NCBI RefSeq assembly: GCF_964355755.1
Contig: NC_092680.1
Location: forward strand, 1,302,001-1,366,000
Length of the DNA stretch: 64,000 bases
DNA from: Antedon mediterranea
Lineage: Eukaryota > Animalia > Echinodermata
Direction of reading: 5' to 3'
In this document: positions 50,098 to 60,632 of the stretch, in pieces
How positions within the stretch are numbered: the first letter of the stretch is position 1
How the letters are laid out: every line of letters starts with the position of its first letter
The notes under the pieces: generated by a model
What the model was told of the DNA's origin: nothing
The model's input: only the letters and a program-made list of their open reading frames with translations
Databases searched by the model: none
Program-made: the position numbers and the translations under genes

Positions 50098-51372
50098 AAA
50101 AAATTTGCTTCAGGTAAAAGTATTTTTTGAAGTGTTGGATGTTCATTCTATAAATGAGGTACCGATTTACAGTGTAAGTAATTCAGGTGTTTACAGTGTA
50201 AGTAATTCAGGTGTTTACAGTGTAAGTAATTCAGGTGTTTACAGTGTAAGTAATTCAGGTGTTTACAGTGTAAGTAATTCAGGTGTTTACAGTGTAAGTA
50301 ATTCAGGTGTTTACAGTGTAAGTAATTCAGGTGTTTACAGTGTAAGTAATTCAGGTGTTTACAGTGTAAGTAATTCAAGTGTTAAATAGATATTACTCAA
50401 TTATGTAGAATTGTCACAAGTCTACATAAAGCTCTATCTACACTATCACAGAAAAGGTGTAAGGTGCCCAAATTTAGTTGTAATATGCCCAAATATTGTA
50501 GTAGTGATATGACATCATCACGTCCATGTATGGGCACATCACATATTTGTGTCACCTAAAGTTTGATGACAGAGCTTAACCGAATAAATCCCCAATACTA
50601 TATATAGTATTTATTTGATTAAATGTTGTATATCATATCATCATATCATATTTTATAGAACTTCCCATCAATGCAAACATTACAACTCAAGTTGTAGAAA
50701 GTGTAAAGTTTCTATATGCTTTATACGGTATATTAAACTTGATATTGCAGGCAAAACGATTAAGCGTATTAAATACAATCTAAAGCTTGGTTCCCACTAG
50801 CGACGCAACGTAACGCAATCTACGCAACGTAAGAAAATGCCCTTCTTTAAAGCGTGGTTCCCACTAGCGACGCAACACAAGGACGTAACGCAACGCAAGT
50901 GAATTGACCAATCACAAGCGATGGCTTATTCGCTTGTGATTGCTAACTGTCTATAACTTCGCTTGTCATTGGTTAAAACGCTTGCGTTGCGTTTACGTCC
51001 TTGCGTTACGTTCTGGTGGGAACCAAGCTTAATAATTGTGTTTGCCCCCGCCTGCGTGAAATCAAACCTGCGATGTTTGCAGCACTATTGCGTCGTCGGT
51101 TCCCACTTGTGATTACGCAATACATCACTTTGCGTCAATATGGCGCTGCGTTGTGTGCAAATGGGAACCAAGCTTTATAGTTCGACGCTCAATAAATACT
51201 TACTTATTTTCAGACTGCTTCGCTTCTTGGTTCACTCGGCGGTCTCCTTGGTCTTTATATCGGCTTGTCCACGATCACAATGGTTGAGATCATCATCTTG
51301 TTTATCGACATTATACGATTCACGTGTAGAAAGATTTTTTGCAGAAACAGAGTCATGGCTTTTAATACTTGA
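50098..51372 (+). CDS. Duplicated last two exons of DEG/ENaC paralogue B (alternative 3' end or orphan remnant)
   Basis: 50098-50173 (KNLLQVKVFFEVLDVHSINEVPIYS; 76 nt, same length and phase as 41646-41721) and 51214-51372 (TASLLGSLGGLLGLYIGLSTITMVEIIILFIDIIRFTCRKIFCRNRVMAFNT*). Splice sites are intact. Confidence 0.75.
50166..50385 (+). repeat. 24 bp tandem repeat spanning a splice donor, ~9 copies
   Basis: (TTTACAGTGTAAGTAATTCAGGTG)n beginning inside the end of the duplicated exon. Confidence 0.95.
50431..50576. mobile_element. MITE family 1 copy (degenerate)
   Basis: GCTCTATCTACACTATCA ... AAAGTTTGATGACAGAGCT. Confidence 0.7.
50784..51174. mobile_element. Harbinger-type MITE family 2 with a related MITE nested inside (50851-51029)
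   Basis: Outer AGCTTGGTTCCCA ... TGGGAACCAAGCT. Inner TAA|AGCGTGGTTCCCAC ... GTGGGAACCAAGCT|TAA. Confidence 0.75.
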
Positions 51373-52314
51373 AAATTAGTTGAATTAATTAATTAGAGAA
51401 AACCTCATCACCTAAAACTTTAAAGTCGCATCTGGGTAGTTGAACTTTTAAAATTATCATAAATTATCGTAGGGGATTTTTGTAATTGTTTTATGGATTG
51501 TTAAAATATTAAAATTTATAATTTGGCTTTTGTGTGTTGCTGGTTGAATTTTATAATTTTGTTCTGTTGAATTACCGCCATGGCATCACATGTGTTGTAT
51601 GCCTCACAAAGTTGCACTTTGGTGACACTGGCTGGTTCTGGATAGTTCGTTTCATATTTCAAAATATAGCGGTCAATTTCCGGGACCAAGCAACTCGATT
51701 TTTCAACTCAACTCCAACCATGGTAGAGTGTTGACAAGGTGCGAGCCAGCAAGTACAAATACAAATGAACCCAAACCCAATTTGAGGTTAATTTGGCAAC
51801 AGGTCCCTTTTAATATCTCTCTTTCAACATAAAAGAAACACAATATTTATTTTCCATTAAAAAAAAAAATCATTTTTTGTGTTTCAAGAGGGACAATACA
51901 TCTTCAAATTTTGATCGATTTTGTTAATCAATGTTGCTACATTGGTAGCGAAAAGATATTGTATTGTAATATATGAATACACGTTTATCGTAGTTGGTGT
52001 GTAGGTATGGCCGCACCGTCCCAGAATAAACATGTTTTAAACAGATAGTTTGTCTCCGATGTATGGGGGTAATGGAGAGTGAAATGAGATAAAATATAGA
52101 ACATTTGCAAAGATGCCGATTTCTAGACCAATTTCGGAGCTTATTCGCCGCCGGACAAGGCCTTAGGCAGATACGAAGTCAAGGTTTCAAGTAGAAAACC
52201 CCACCTAAAATTTTGAAGACGCATCTGGATAGTTGAAATTTTAACATTATCATAATTATCATAGGTGATTATATATATAGTAATAAATATAAGTAAAGAT
52301 ATTCATTCAGTAAC

Positions 52315-52662
52315 TTATTTCTAATTTATATAGTGTGCTCCACTGGTGCCAAATTGTGTCCACTTGAGCACAGTGTTTTAACATACGAAAAGATATTATT
52401 AAATTTAGTGACTTTATTTCTATTTTATATCACTGTGCTCCACTGGCGCTAATATGGTCCACTTGAGCACAGTGTATTAACATACGAAACGATAATAAAA
52501 GTAGTGACTTTATTTCTATTTTATATCACTGTGCCCCACTGGCGCCAAATTGGGTCAACTTGAACACAGTGTATTAACATACGAAACGATATTAAAAGTA
52601 GTGACTTATTTCTATTTTATATCACTGTGCTACCCTGGTGCTAAATTGGGTCTACTTGAGCA
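52315..52662. repeat. ~100 bp tandem repeat, ~3.5 copies
   Basis: TTATTTCTATTTTATATCACTGTGC.CCACTGG.GC.AAATTG.GTC.ACTTGA.CACAGTGT.TTAACATACGAAA repeated. Confidence 0.85.
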
Positions 52663-53278
52663 GTTACCGTAGTACTATTTCTATTATTGAAGTTAATAAA
52701 GGCATAAATGGCGCGCCGTAGAGAAGTAGAGAATGCTCTACCAAATGTCGCGGTGGTTTAATAGAGATATTCTAGCTAGGAGGCCTAGGCTAGCCTGAGA
52801 GAGGAGGCTAGAGGCAATTTTTTTGTTTTTAGCCGACTTATCTGTTTATTTTTACTGTAAAAAGTAAGATAAAAATTTATTTTTAGATTTGCGTTTATAA
52901 ATGTCTTACATCTCCCTATAATACTGCTGTATAGTATAGGCCTAGGTAGGCCTAGCCTATATTTATATTAATAATTATTATAGGCGCGCCTAGCTAGCTA
53001 GGCCTAGGCCTAGACTACTACTACTCTAGGCCTAGGCTAGTAGTAGTAGGCCTAGCCCTAGGCTAGGGGCCTAGGCTTAGGTATGTTATTTTTTAGGAAG
53101 GGAGCCATAAGTAAGTCGTTTCGTCCTTTTTAATAAAAAATTATTAGTTATAAATTAACTTCATTTTAGTGTACGAATTTTGTTAACATTAGTTTTAGGC
53201 CTAGATTATTATCTAAAATGATATTGTAATTTTGCATGCGGTCAGTCCAATTACCGAAAACAAAATTAAATACAGTAA

Positions 53279-55545
53279 GGCCAAATAAAAAAATATAGCC
53301 TACTTGTTAAGCGTCACACCCTCATAAATTTTCAGGGGCGGGGGACGGTTTTTTTTTTTTTTTTACTTTTTATGGAGGTATATTTTTGCGCGGTGGACGT
53401 TTTGGCCCACTTTTTTTAGGACGAAACGTCAAACTTTTAAAATGCGAAACGTAACAAAATTACTATGTATGAAATATTATTGCCTATGACAAAATTGAGT
53501 TTTGTATTGTTTATATCCAGACGTAATTAAAACATTAAATTTAATTGCCACCAATCGAAATTGTAGGCCCTAGGCTAACTAATCCGTCCAAGCTGCTACC
53601 CCCGCCTCACTCATCGGCCATCCGCTGTCTCTCGCTCGACTCATCTATCCAGGAAATTCCCTATCGCAAGAAGCATGATTTAGTCTCAATAATACTAAAT
53701 AGTGGGCTGATTTATAGTTTGAAAACAGCTTACGGCATTTCGTAAGTGAATTTTTATTCAACGTATTCAATCCTTTGCCAATTGCTGTGTAAATCAGTAT
53801 TTAAAATTGTGATGCAAAAAGTGTATGTAATTATTCCAGGCAGGTAAACCAGGCATAAGGAAACCCATCGCCCAACAGGACCTCGTGGTGTGCTGATCTC
53901 GAGCGCGAGATCATCGTAAACAAAATTGGTAGAGTCCATGTATGGGGTGTTTCCTATTTACGAACCTGTAAAAAAACGCGCTTCGACCACTGTGTAGGCA
54001 AAATATTTATTTCGTTAAATCCCTAAATTGATAATCGCGTATTCTGTAATCACGTGACTGATGATATAATCCTCAGCGACGTACTAAATGCACATGATTT
54101 AATGTGTTGGGGAAAAAGCTTGCTGTTTACCACATTACATGATTCACGGTGCTATTCGCGTTTCCTTGACGTAAATCGGCGGCGTGTAAATGAAACAATT
54201 GTTTTCACCAAATTGCCGTTGTCGACATAGAGCGATTGGCGGCTTGCGTTGGCTAAGCTAAAAAGTACGTATTTTTCAAAAATTACACTACAGGCCCGTA
54301 GCCAGGGGGGGTTTTTATGGTTCGGGCGAATCCCCCCTTTACAGCGAACCCCCCTTAACCAACTGCGAACCCCCATCCCCGACATGCCCAATACCTCACC
54401 CTCGTCTCCAAAAATCCTCCAAATACGTGCCCCACAGTACAAAAAGTTGTTTGTAAATTGAAAAATTCGTAAACTTGTTCGTGAACCTTCTTCTCTGTAT
54501 GAGCGTCAACTAGTGATACGTGTCTGTAAATTTCTAAAAGCTGCAAATGAATTGCCGATTTTAACCTGAAAAATAAATGTTTGGTCCCTGCATGTAACAT
54601 GATATTGACGCGTCTCATAGCGAGCTGGCGCACGAACGATTCGTACAAAGGACACCGCCAGACAACTGCGTACCTATTGTTTAGATCACTGGCAGTCAGG
54701 CAGCATGCATAAAGTATATAGCCTTCCGACGTACATCAGTATTTACAGTACAGTATGTGTGACTATGAAGTATAATGTATCATAGAGGATTATAGTGAAT
54801 ATTAATATTTTACACTATAATATCTATGGTATCAAGTACTGTAGTTCACATTATGGCATCCAATTATTTTTTTCTAGACCACCAGCCGATACGTACTAAA
54901 ATGTATCAATATCACCTATTTACATATTTATATTCCTCAACAAATTGCTGTAAATAAATATTATAGATAGAGCTAGCAAATAGCATTTGCCTTCACCCAG
55001 TGTGCTTTTTTCGGGGCTGCTCCTAGACTAGATATACGTTCGCATTGAACTTCAACGCAAAACAAAATACGGAGTAAATGATCAAACAATCGGCGGTTCC
55101 GCACAGAGCACGCGCATCTAACATACGGCAACAAATAGTTATCGTCATTTAAATTATCGACGTGTTTGAGGAGGAGGAAAAAAGTACGACCTTTTTGCTC
55201 ATTGGTTATATAGCATGCTGCACGAGAGTGTCTTTTCCGGCCATCTAGGGGTGTCATTTAACAAAATTCGCTTCGCATCAGGCTGGGGGAGGGAGGAGGG
55301 GTTGACCCAAATATTTAGTGTCCGAACCCCCCCTTGACAGATCCTGGCTACGGCCCTGAATTATGAAGAATCTACTAGCAAAATGCTAGTTTGCTAGCGT
55401 GAATTTCGAGCCCTACTCTGGAGCTGGGCCGGGCCGCTGAACTTTCCGTTGTATATGGGTAAAAAAAAAAAAAAATAAAAAGAGAGGCGGCTGGATAATC
55501 AGGAGCGGGCGGTGACGCTTAACAAGTATGTTTTTTTATTTGGCC
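53279..55545. mobile_element. Non-autonomous Harbinger-type element
   Basis: TAA|GGCCAAATAAAAAAA..CTTGTTAAGCGTCAC ... GTGACGCTTAACAAG..TTTTTTATTTGGCC|TAA. Confidence 0.72.
54291..55358. mobile_element. Non-autonomous hAT-like element
   Basis: TIR CAGGCCCGTAGCCAGG / CCTGGCTACGGCCCTG (15/16) and subterminal CGAACCCCC repeats. No clean 8 bp TSD. Confidence 0.6.
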
Positions 55546-55603
55546 TAATCTAAATACCGGAAACAAAGTTGCATAATTTTTTTATGGCGGCCTCTAGGTT
55601 CTA

Positions 55604-55854
55604 CTGATGGGTGTTTCTAGGCTAAGACCATGAATGACAAATCTGAAGACTAGCAACGAAATGTGTTTATAGATTTTGTAAGTAAATGTAGTAATGTACG
55701 GTGAAATTATTCCCTGCACGGTGTACAGTATATCATTGAATTTGTATGATTTTGAGTTGTATTTTGTGCACACTACCATTTCGTAGGGTCTTCTGTGGCT
55801 TTTTCGTGCGCGGTCTTTTCTCTGCATGGTCTTACCTTTAGAAACACCCATCAG
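55604..55854. mobile_element. MITE with TA target duplication (Tc1/mariner-like)
   Basis: TA|CTGATGGGTGTTTCTA..TAAGACCATG ... CATGGTCTTA..TAGAAACACCCATCAG|TA. Confidence 0.72.
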
Positions 55855-56127
55855 TAGATTATTTTATTTTACAAATTTGTTTTCGGTATTTAGATTTTTT
55901 TATTTTGTTTGTTTTTTTGCGGTTATTTTCAGTTGTTTTTGGTAATTAGACTGACCGTTTGAAAGTGACACTAGGCCTATGTGTGGTGATGGGTAATTTT
56001 TTTTTAATTAATAATTTTTTTTTTCTTTTATCATAAAAATATCTAGGCTATCAGTATCACATCATTTTTTTTTCATTTATAATTATTTCAGATTATTGAT
56101 CGTAAATTGATACTGCTTTACAAAACC

Positions 56128-58353
56128 ATGAAATATAAATGTGAACATTGTGGAGAGAAATTTGAGTTAAAAGATTTGCAGGAACATTTAGGAATACAAC
56201 ATACACAGCATACAGAGTTACAATGTCAACACTGCGAAGGGACATTTTACAAAGAAGATGATTTTGAGCAGCATTGCCAGACACACACAACGAGTTTAGA
56301 CCAGACAACCTATCAATGCAGATATTGTGCAAAGGAATTCCATTGCAATGACATTCTGAAAGAGCATTTAAAAACACACACTAAAGATATGCCTGTTGAA
56401 TATGAATGTGAACATTGTGGGAACAAATATAAGCATACTAGCACTTTGGCAGAACATTTAAGAATACACACACAAGAGACACCATATGAATGTGGACAAT
56501 GTGGGAAGAAATTTATACAGAATAGTGCTCTGAAAACACATTTGAGAATACACACAAGAGAGAAAACATATGAATGTGAACATTGTGGGAAGAAATTCAA
56601 ACTTCAAAGATATCTAAAAATACATTTGAGAATACACACAGGAGAGACACCATATGAATGTGAACATTGTGGGGAGAAATTTATACAGAGTAGTGCTCTG
56701 AAAATACATTTAAGAATACACACAGGAGAGACACCATATGAATGTGAATATTGTGGGGAAAAATTTATACAGAATAGTTCTTTGAAAATACATTTAAGAA
56801 TACACACAGGAGAGACACCATATGAATGTGAATATTGTGGAGAGAAATTTAGTCAGATTAGTGCTCTGAGCACACATTTGAGAGTACACATGTCAACAGA
56901 GACACCATATGAATGTGAACATTGTGGGAAGAAATTCAAACTTCAAAGCAATCTAAAAATACATTTGAGAATACACACAGGAGAGACACCATATGAATGT
57001 GAACATTGTGGGGAGAAATTTATACAAAGTAGTGCTCTGACAATACATTTAAAAATACACACAGGAGAGACACCATATAAATGTGAATATTGTGGTAAAC
57101 AATTCAAAATTCAAAGCAATCTAAAAATACATTTAAGAATACACACAGGAGAGACACCATATGAATGTGAATATTGTGGAGAGAAATTTAGTCAGATTAG
57201 TGCTCTGAGCACACATTTGAGAGTACACATGTCACCAGAGACACCATATGAATGTGAACATTGTGGGAAGAAATTTAAAGATAGTGACCGTTTCAACAAA
57301 CATTACGAAAGACACTCTGAACAAAGACCATATGAATGTGAATATTGTCGGTTGAAATTTAAGCTATCTGCCACTTTGAAAGAACATTTGAGAACACACA
57401 CTGGAGAAAAACCATATCAATGCAAACATTGTGATAAAAAATTTATTCGAAAAAGTGGTCTAAATGCCCATTTGAGTATACACAATAAAGAGAAACAATA
57501 TCATGAATGTGAACATTGTGGGAAAAATTTTAATCATGATAGTTCTCTGAAAACCCACTTAAGAAGAAAACATGCAGGAGAGACGACATATGAATGTGAA
57601 CATTGTGGGGAAACATTTAAGAAACTTGGCCATTTGAAAATACACTTGAGTAAACACAAAGAAGAGAGACCGTGTGAATGTGAACATTGTGGGAAAAAAT
57701 TTAAGCGGTTTGGCCATTTGACAGAACATTTAAAAGTACACACAGGAGAGAGACCATATCAATGTGAACAATGTGGCAAGAAATTTAAAGGAAGAGGTAG
57801 TCTGAAAACACATTTGAGAATACACACAGGAGAGAGGTCGTATGAATGTGAACATTGTGGGAAAAAATTTATTCTAAATAATTCTCTGAAAATGCATTTG
57901 AGAACACACACAGGAGAGACACCATATGAATGTGAACAGTGTGGGAAGAAATTTAAACAAAATGGGTCTTTTAAAAGACATTTGAGAATACACAGAGGAG
58001 AGACACCATATGAATGTGAACATTGTGGGAAAAAATGTGTACAGAATAGTGTTCTGAAAATGCATTTAAGAATACACACTGGAGAGAGACCGTACGAATG
58101 TGAACAGTGTGGGAAGAAATTTATTCGAATTGGTGCTCTTAATTCTCATTTAAAAGTACACACAGGAGAGAGACCATATGTATGTGAATATTGTGGAAAG
58201 AAATTTATTCGAAAAGGTGACTTGACAGTGCATTTAAGAATACACACAGGAGAGACACCATATGAATGTGAACATTGTGGGGAGAAATTTATTCATTTAA
58301 ATACCCTTAAAAGACATTTGAGGAAACATAGAGAAGAGAAGCCTGGCTTATAA
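56128..58353 (+). CDS. Poly-C2H2 zinc-finger protein (26 fingers)
   Basis: A single long exon follows the TTTCAG acceptor at 56091 and is open from the acceptor, with the first ATG at 56128. It has 26 CxxC..H..H units with TGETPY/TGERPY linkers. No effector domain is visible. Confidence 0.93.
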   Translation: MKYKCEHCGEKFELKDLQEHLGIQHTQHTELQCQHCEGTFYKEDDFEQHCQTHTTSLDQTTYQCRYCAKEFHCNDILKEHLKTHTKDMPVEYECEHCGNKYKHTSTLAEHLRIHTQETPYECGQCGKKFIQNSALKTHLRIHTREKTYECEHCGKKFKLQRYLKIHLRIHTGETPYECEHCGEKFIQSSALKIHLRIHTGETPYECEYCGEKFIQNSSLKIHLRIHTGETPYECEYCGEKFSQISALSTHLRVHMSTETPYECEHCGKKFKLQSNLKIHLRIHTGETPYECEHCGEKFIQSSALTIHLKIHTGETPYKCEYCGKQFKIQSNLKIHLRIHTGETPYECEYCGEKFSQISALSTHLRVHMSPETPYECEHCGKKFKDSDRFNKHYERHSEQRPYECEYCRLKFKLSATLKEHLRTHTGEKPYQCKHCDKKFIRKSGLNAHLSIHNKEKQYHECEHCGKNFNHDSSLKTHLRRKHAGETTYECEHCGETFKKLGHLKIHLSKHKEERPCECEHCGKKFKRFGHLTEHLKVHTGERPYQCEQCGKKFKGRGSLKTHLRIHTGERSYECEHCGKKFILNNSLKMHLRTHTGETPYECEQCGKKFKQNGSFKRHLRIHRGETPYECEHCGKKCVQNSVLKMHLRIHTGERPYECEQCGKKFIRIGALNSHLKVHTGERPYVCEYCGKKFIRKGDLTVHLRIHTGETPYECEHCGEKFIHLNTLKRHLRKHREEKPGL

Positions 58354-58486
58354 ATGGAACATTTGTTGGAAGAAATTTAATAATTTAACTGAAAAGATAT
58401 TTAAACTAAACACTTTCATTAGCGAATTCTGCACTTGCCTATCAAGGTTGAACATGTGACAATCATTTCAGTGACATGTGCATTAA

Positions 58487-58616
58487 ACACTATCAAACTA
58501 GTTTGACAAAAAATGGTAGTGATATGCCCAAATATGTCAGTGATATGACATCATTTCCATATATGGGCATATCACATTTTTTTTGTCACATAAAATTTGA
58601 TAGTGTAGACAAGGCT
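58487..58616. mobile_element. MITE family 1 copy in zinc-finger 3' region
   Basis: ACACTATCAAACTAGTTTGAC ... TTTGATAGTGTAGACAAGGCT. Confidence 0.72.
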
Positions 58617-59769
58617 TAAAAGACTAAATAAAATTCTGTTCTCTCTTTTAACTGTTTTAAGTTTGTTTACAATTAGTATAACTACTATTGTAAATATCTA
58701 CTTTCAATTCAGCCTTGTACTGCAATAAGAGAGATAAATAAAAGTGGAATTTATAACTAATAATATCAATATTATGTGTTGTTTTATTTAATTCGTCCTT
58801 GTTGGAAGAAGTGGCTCACACTCCTTCTAATGTTAATAGATAATTTGAAGGTTATTATCCAGAGATAATAAAATATTTTAATGTCAGAAAAACAGATATT
58901 GCATCTGAATCCCTTGATGGTCATTTTAAGACAATTTTTAAAAAATGATCTATAAAATGTATACTTTTGCTGTGGTTATTGAGATGTTGATTGAATTTTA
59001 GTATTTATCTTGTCCATCTGCTGGAGTTCATAGATTGCAATTAACTATGCAACTGAAGCATAAACCAATTAGAGATTGGCAGCCAGAAAGGCAACTGATG
59101 TTTTTCGCAAGAAATGATACCTGTAAAAGAACAAAAAACATGATGGTATAATGAAATGAAAAAAACGCTAATTTAGAAGTGTAATTTTTTGTTTTTTTAA
59201 TAAGATAAAATACTGATGACGATCGTGAAGCCCGGTCGTATCCACGATTTTGAAATAAGAACTGACAACTGTGTATACACTATTCATGTGTTCTCAATTC
59301 TTTATTGAAAAATTCTAACCTATATTATTTACCGATTCTACAATACATAGGCCAAAAAATCATAATACTGTATTAATATTTTTATGTTTGTCGACATTAA
59401 CCAGTCTAAACTGGGCTCTTATACTGTATAGTTGTTTTAACAAAAATAAAATGTTGTTATTAGTGTGGTACATGCTAATTTTTATATGTATTGTTTTCAT
59501 TTTGGTTAAAACAGAAGATGCAGAAGTTGTAATGTGTTAACTAACTGGATACCCAGTATATTTTACCGCCCTGCCAAATTTTGAATGGTCTAAATTACTC
59601 TAGCACCTCCCCTTACTCCTTGGCAGCCCCGTTACCTAGCCTAATGTTAGGCCCCTCACCATCACCACCCTTAAAATTGTCCTATATCAGCCCTTGTAAT
59701 AATACCCTGAGGTAATTGCTGAAATAAATATTAGGTCTAAATACTACTCTATTCGCTTCAGATCAGAAG

Positions 59770-60025
59770 GCAGTAACGGCGTTCCATACTTTCACCTTCC
59801 TTTTTTCTTCTCGATCCTTTCGCATCCTTCCTCTCTCGTCCGCCGTGTGTGTGTGTGCGCTCTAGCTCGATCATCATCCTCCTCTCTACCTAATAGCCGC
59901 CGCCGCCGCCGCCGCCACCACGACGCCACCGGATCACAACCAACCGAACCCGCGATATATCACCATAAAAGATCGTCTTCCGGTATCGTTAGTTTGAAGC
60001 TTTAACTGTTCTTTAATTGTCAAAA
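59770..60025 (+). promoter_or_regulatory. Probable promoter and non-coding first exon of a downstream gene
   Basis: GC/CpG-rich island with a pyrimidine tract, (GT)n and (GCC)n, ending at AAAA|GTAAGA (60026) and followed by a TAGGCCTA cluster like those at other gene starts. Confidence 0.45.
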
Positions 60026-60142
60026 GTAAGATGAAATATTTTTAATTTGCACGTACTACTAGGCCCTAGCTAGAGGCTAGGCTAGGCTAGGCTATATTAT
60101 GCCTAGTAGGTAGGCCTAGCTAGGCCTAGGCTAGTCTAAACT

Positions 60143-60632
60143 GGGGAACAGACGATCGGGCCCAAGACGATCGGGCCCAGAAAACCTGGTCCCGATCGTC
60201 TTCACAGTTGATTTTGGATCCGATCGTCCAGTGTTTTCAGAACCACGTTGGGCCCGATCGTCTTACCAGTTGGTCCCGATGGTCTTAGTTTAGCGTGGTG
60301 GCGTTGGGCCTGATCGTCTTAGCGTTGGGCCTGATCGTCTTTTAGCGTTGGGCCTGATCGTCTTAGCGTTGGGCCTGATAGTTATTTGTGTTATATAAAA
60401 TAATGTGTTTGTGCCACATTTCATCATTTTTAATTACTAGGCTAGTGCTAGTGTCAATGTGCTTTTCGTGCGTAATATAGGGCCCGATCGTCTTTCACCC
60501 TTGATGGGCCCGATCGTTTCACGATTTGGGCCCGATCGTCTCACGATTTGGGCCCGATCGTCTCACGATTTGGGCCCGATCGTCTTGAAGTGGGCCCGAT
60601 CGTCTTGAAGTGGGCCCGATCGTCTGATAACC
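60143..60632. mobile_element. Mutator/fold-back-type MITE
   Basis: Perfect 9 bp TSD GTCTAAACT (60134-60142 and 60633-60641), GG..CC ends, CAGACGATCGGGCCCA / TGGGCCCGATCGTCTG inverted repeats, and many internal GGGCCCGATCGTCT copies. Confidence 0.8.

Larger units (their letters stand above)
53239..55957. mobile_element. Outer TIR element hosting three nested insertions
   Basis: CGGTCAGTCCAATTACCGAAAACAA / TTGTTTTTGGTAATTAGACTGACCG inverted ends. Flanks TTTGCATG / TTTGAAAG look like a degenerate 8 bp TSD. Confidence 0.6.

Noticed and set aside
56313-58079. Cys-rich antisense ORFs over the zinc-finger gene
   Set aside because: They are reverse-complement by-products of the C2H2 repeat.
59210-59255. 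Second hammerhead candidate CTGATGA-CGATCG..CGGTCG
   Set aside because: The stem is followed by GTAT rather than GAAA, so the catalytic core is incomplete.
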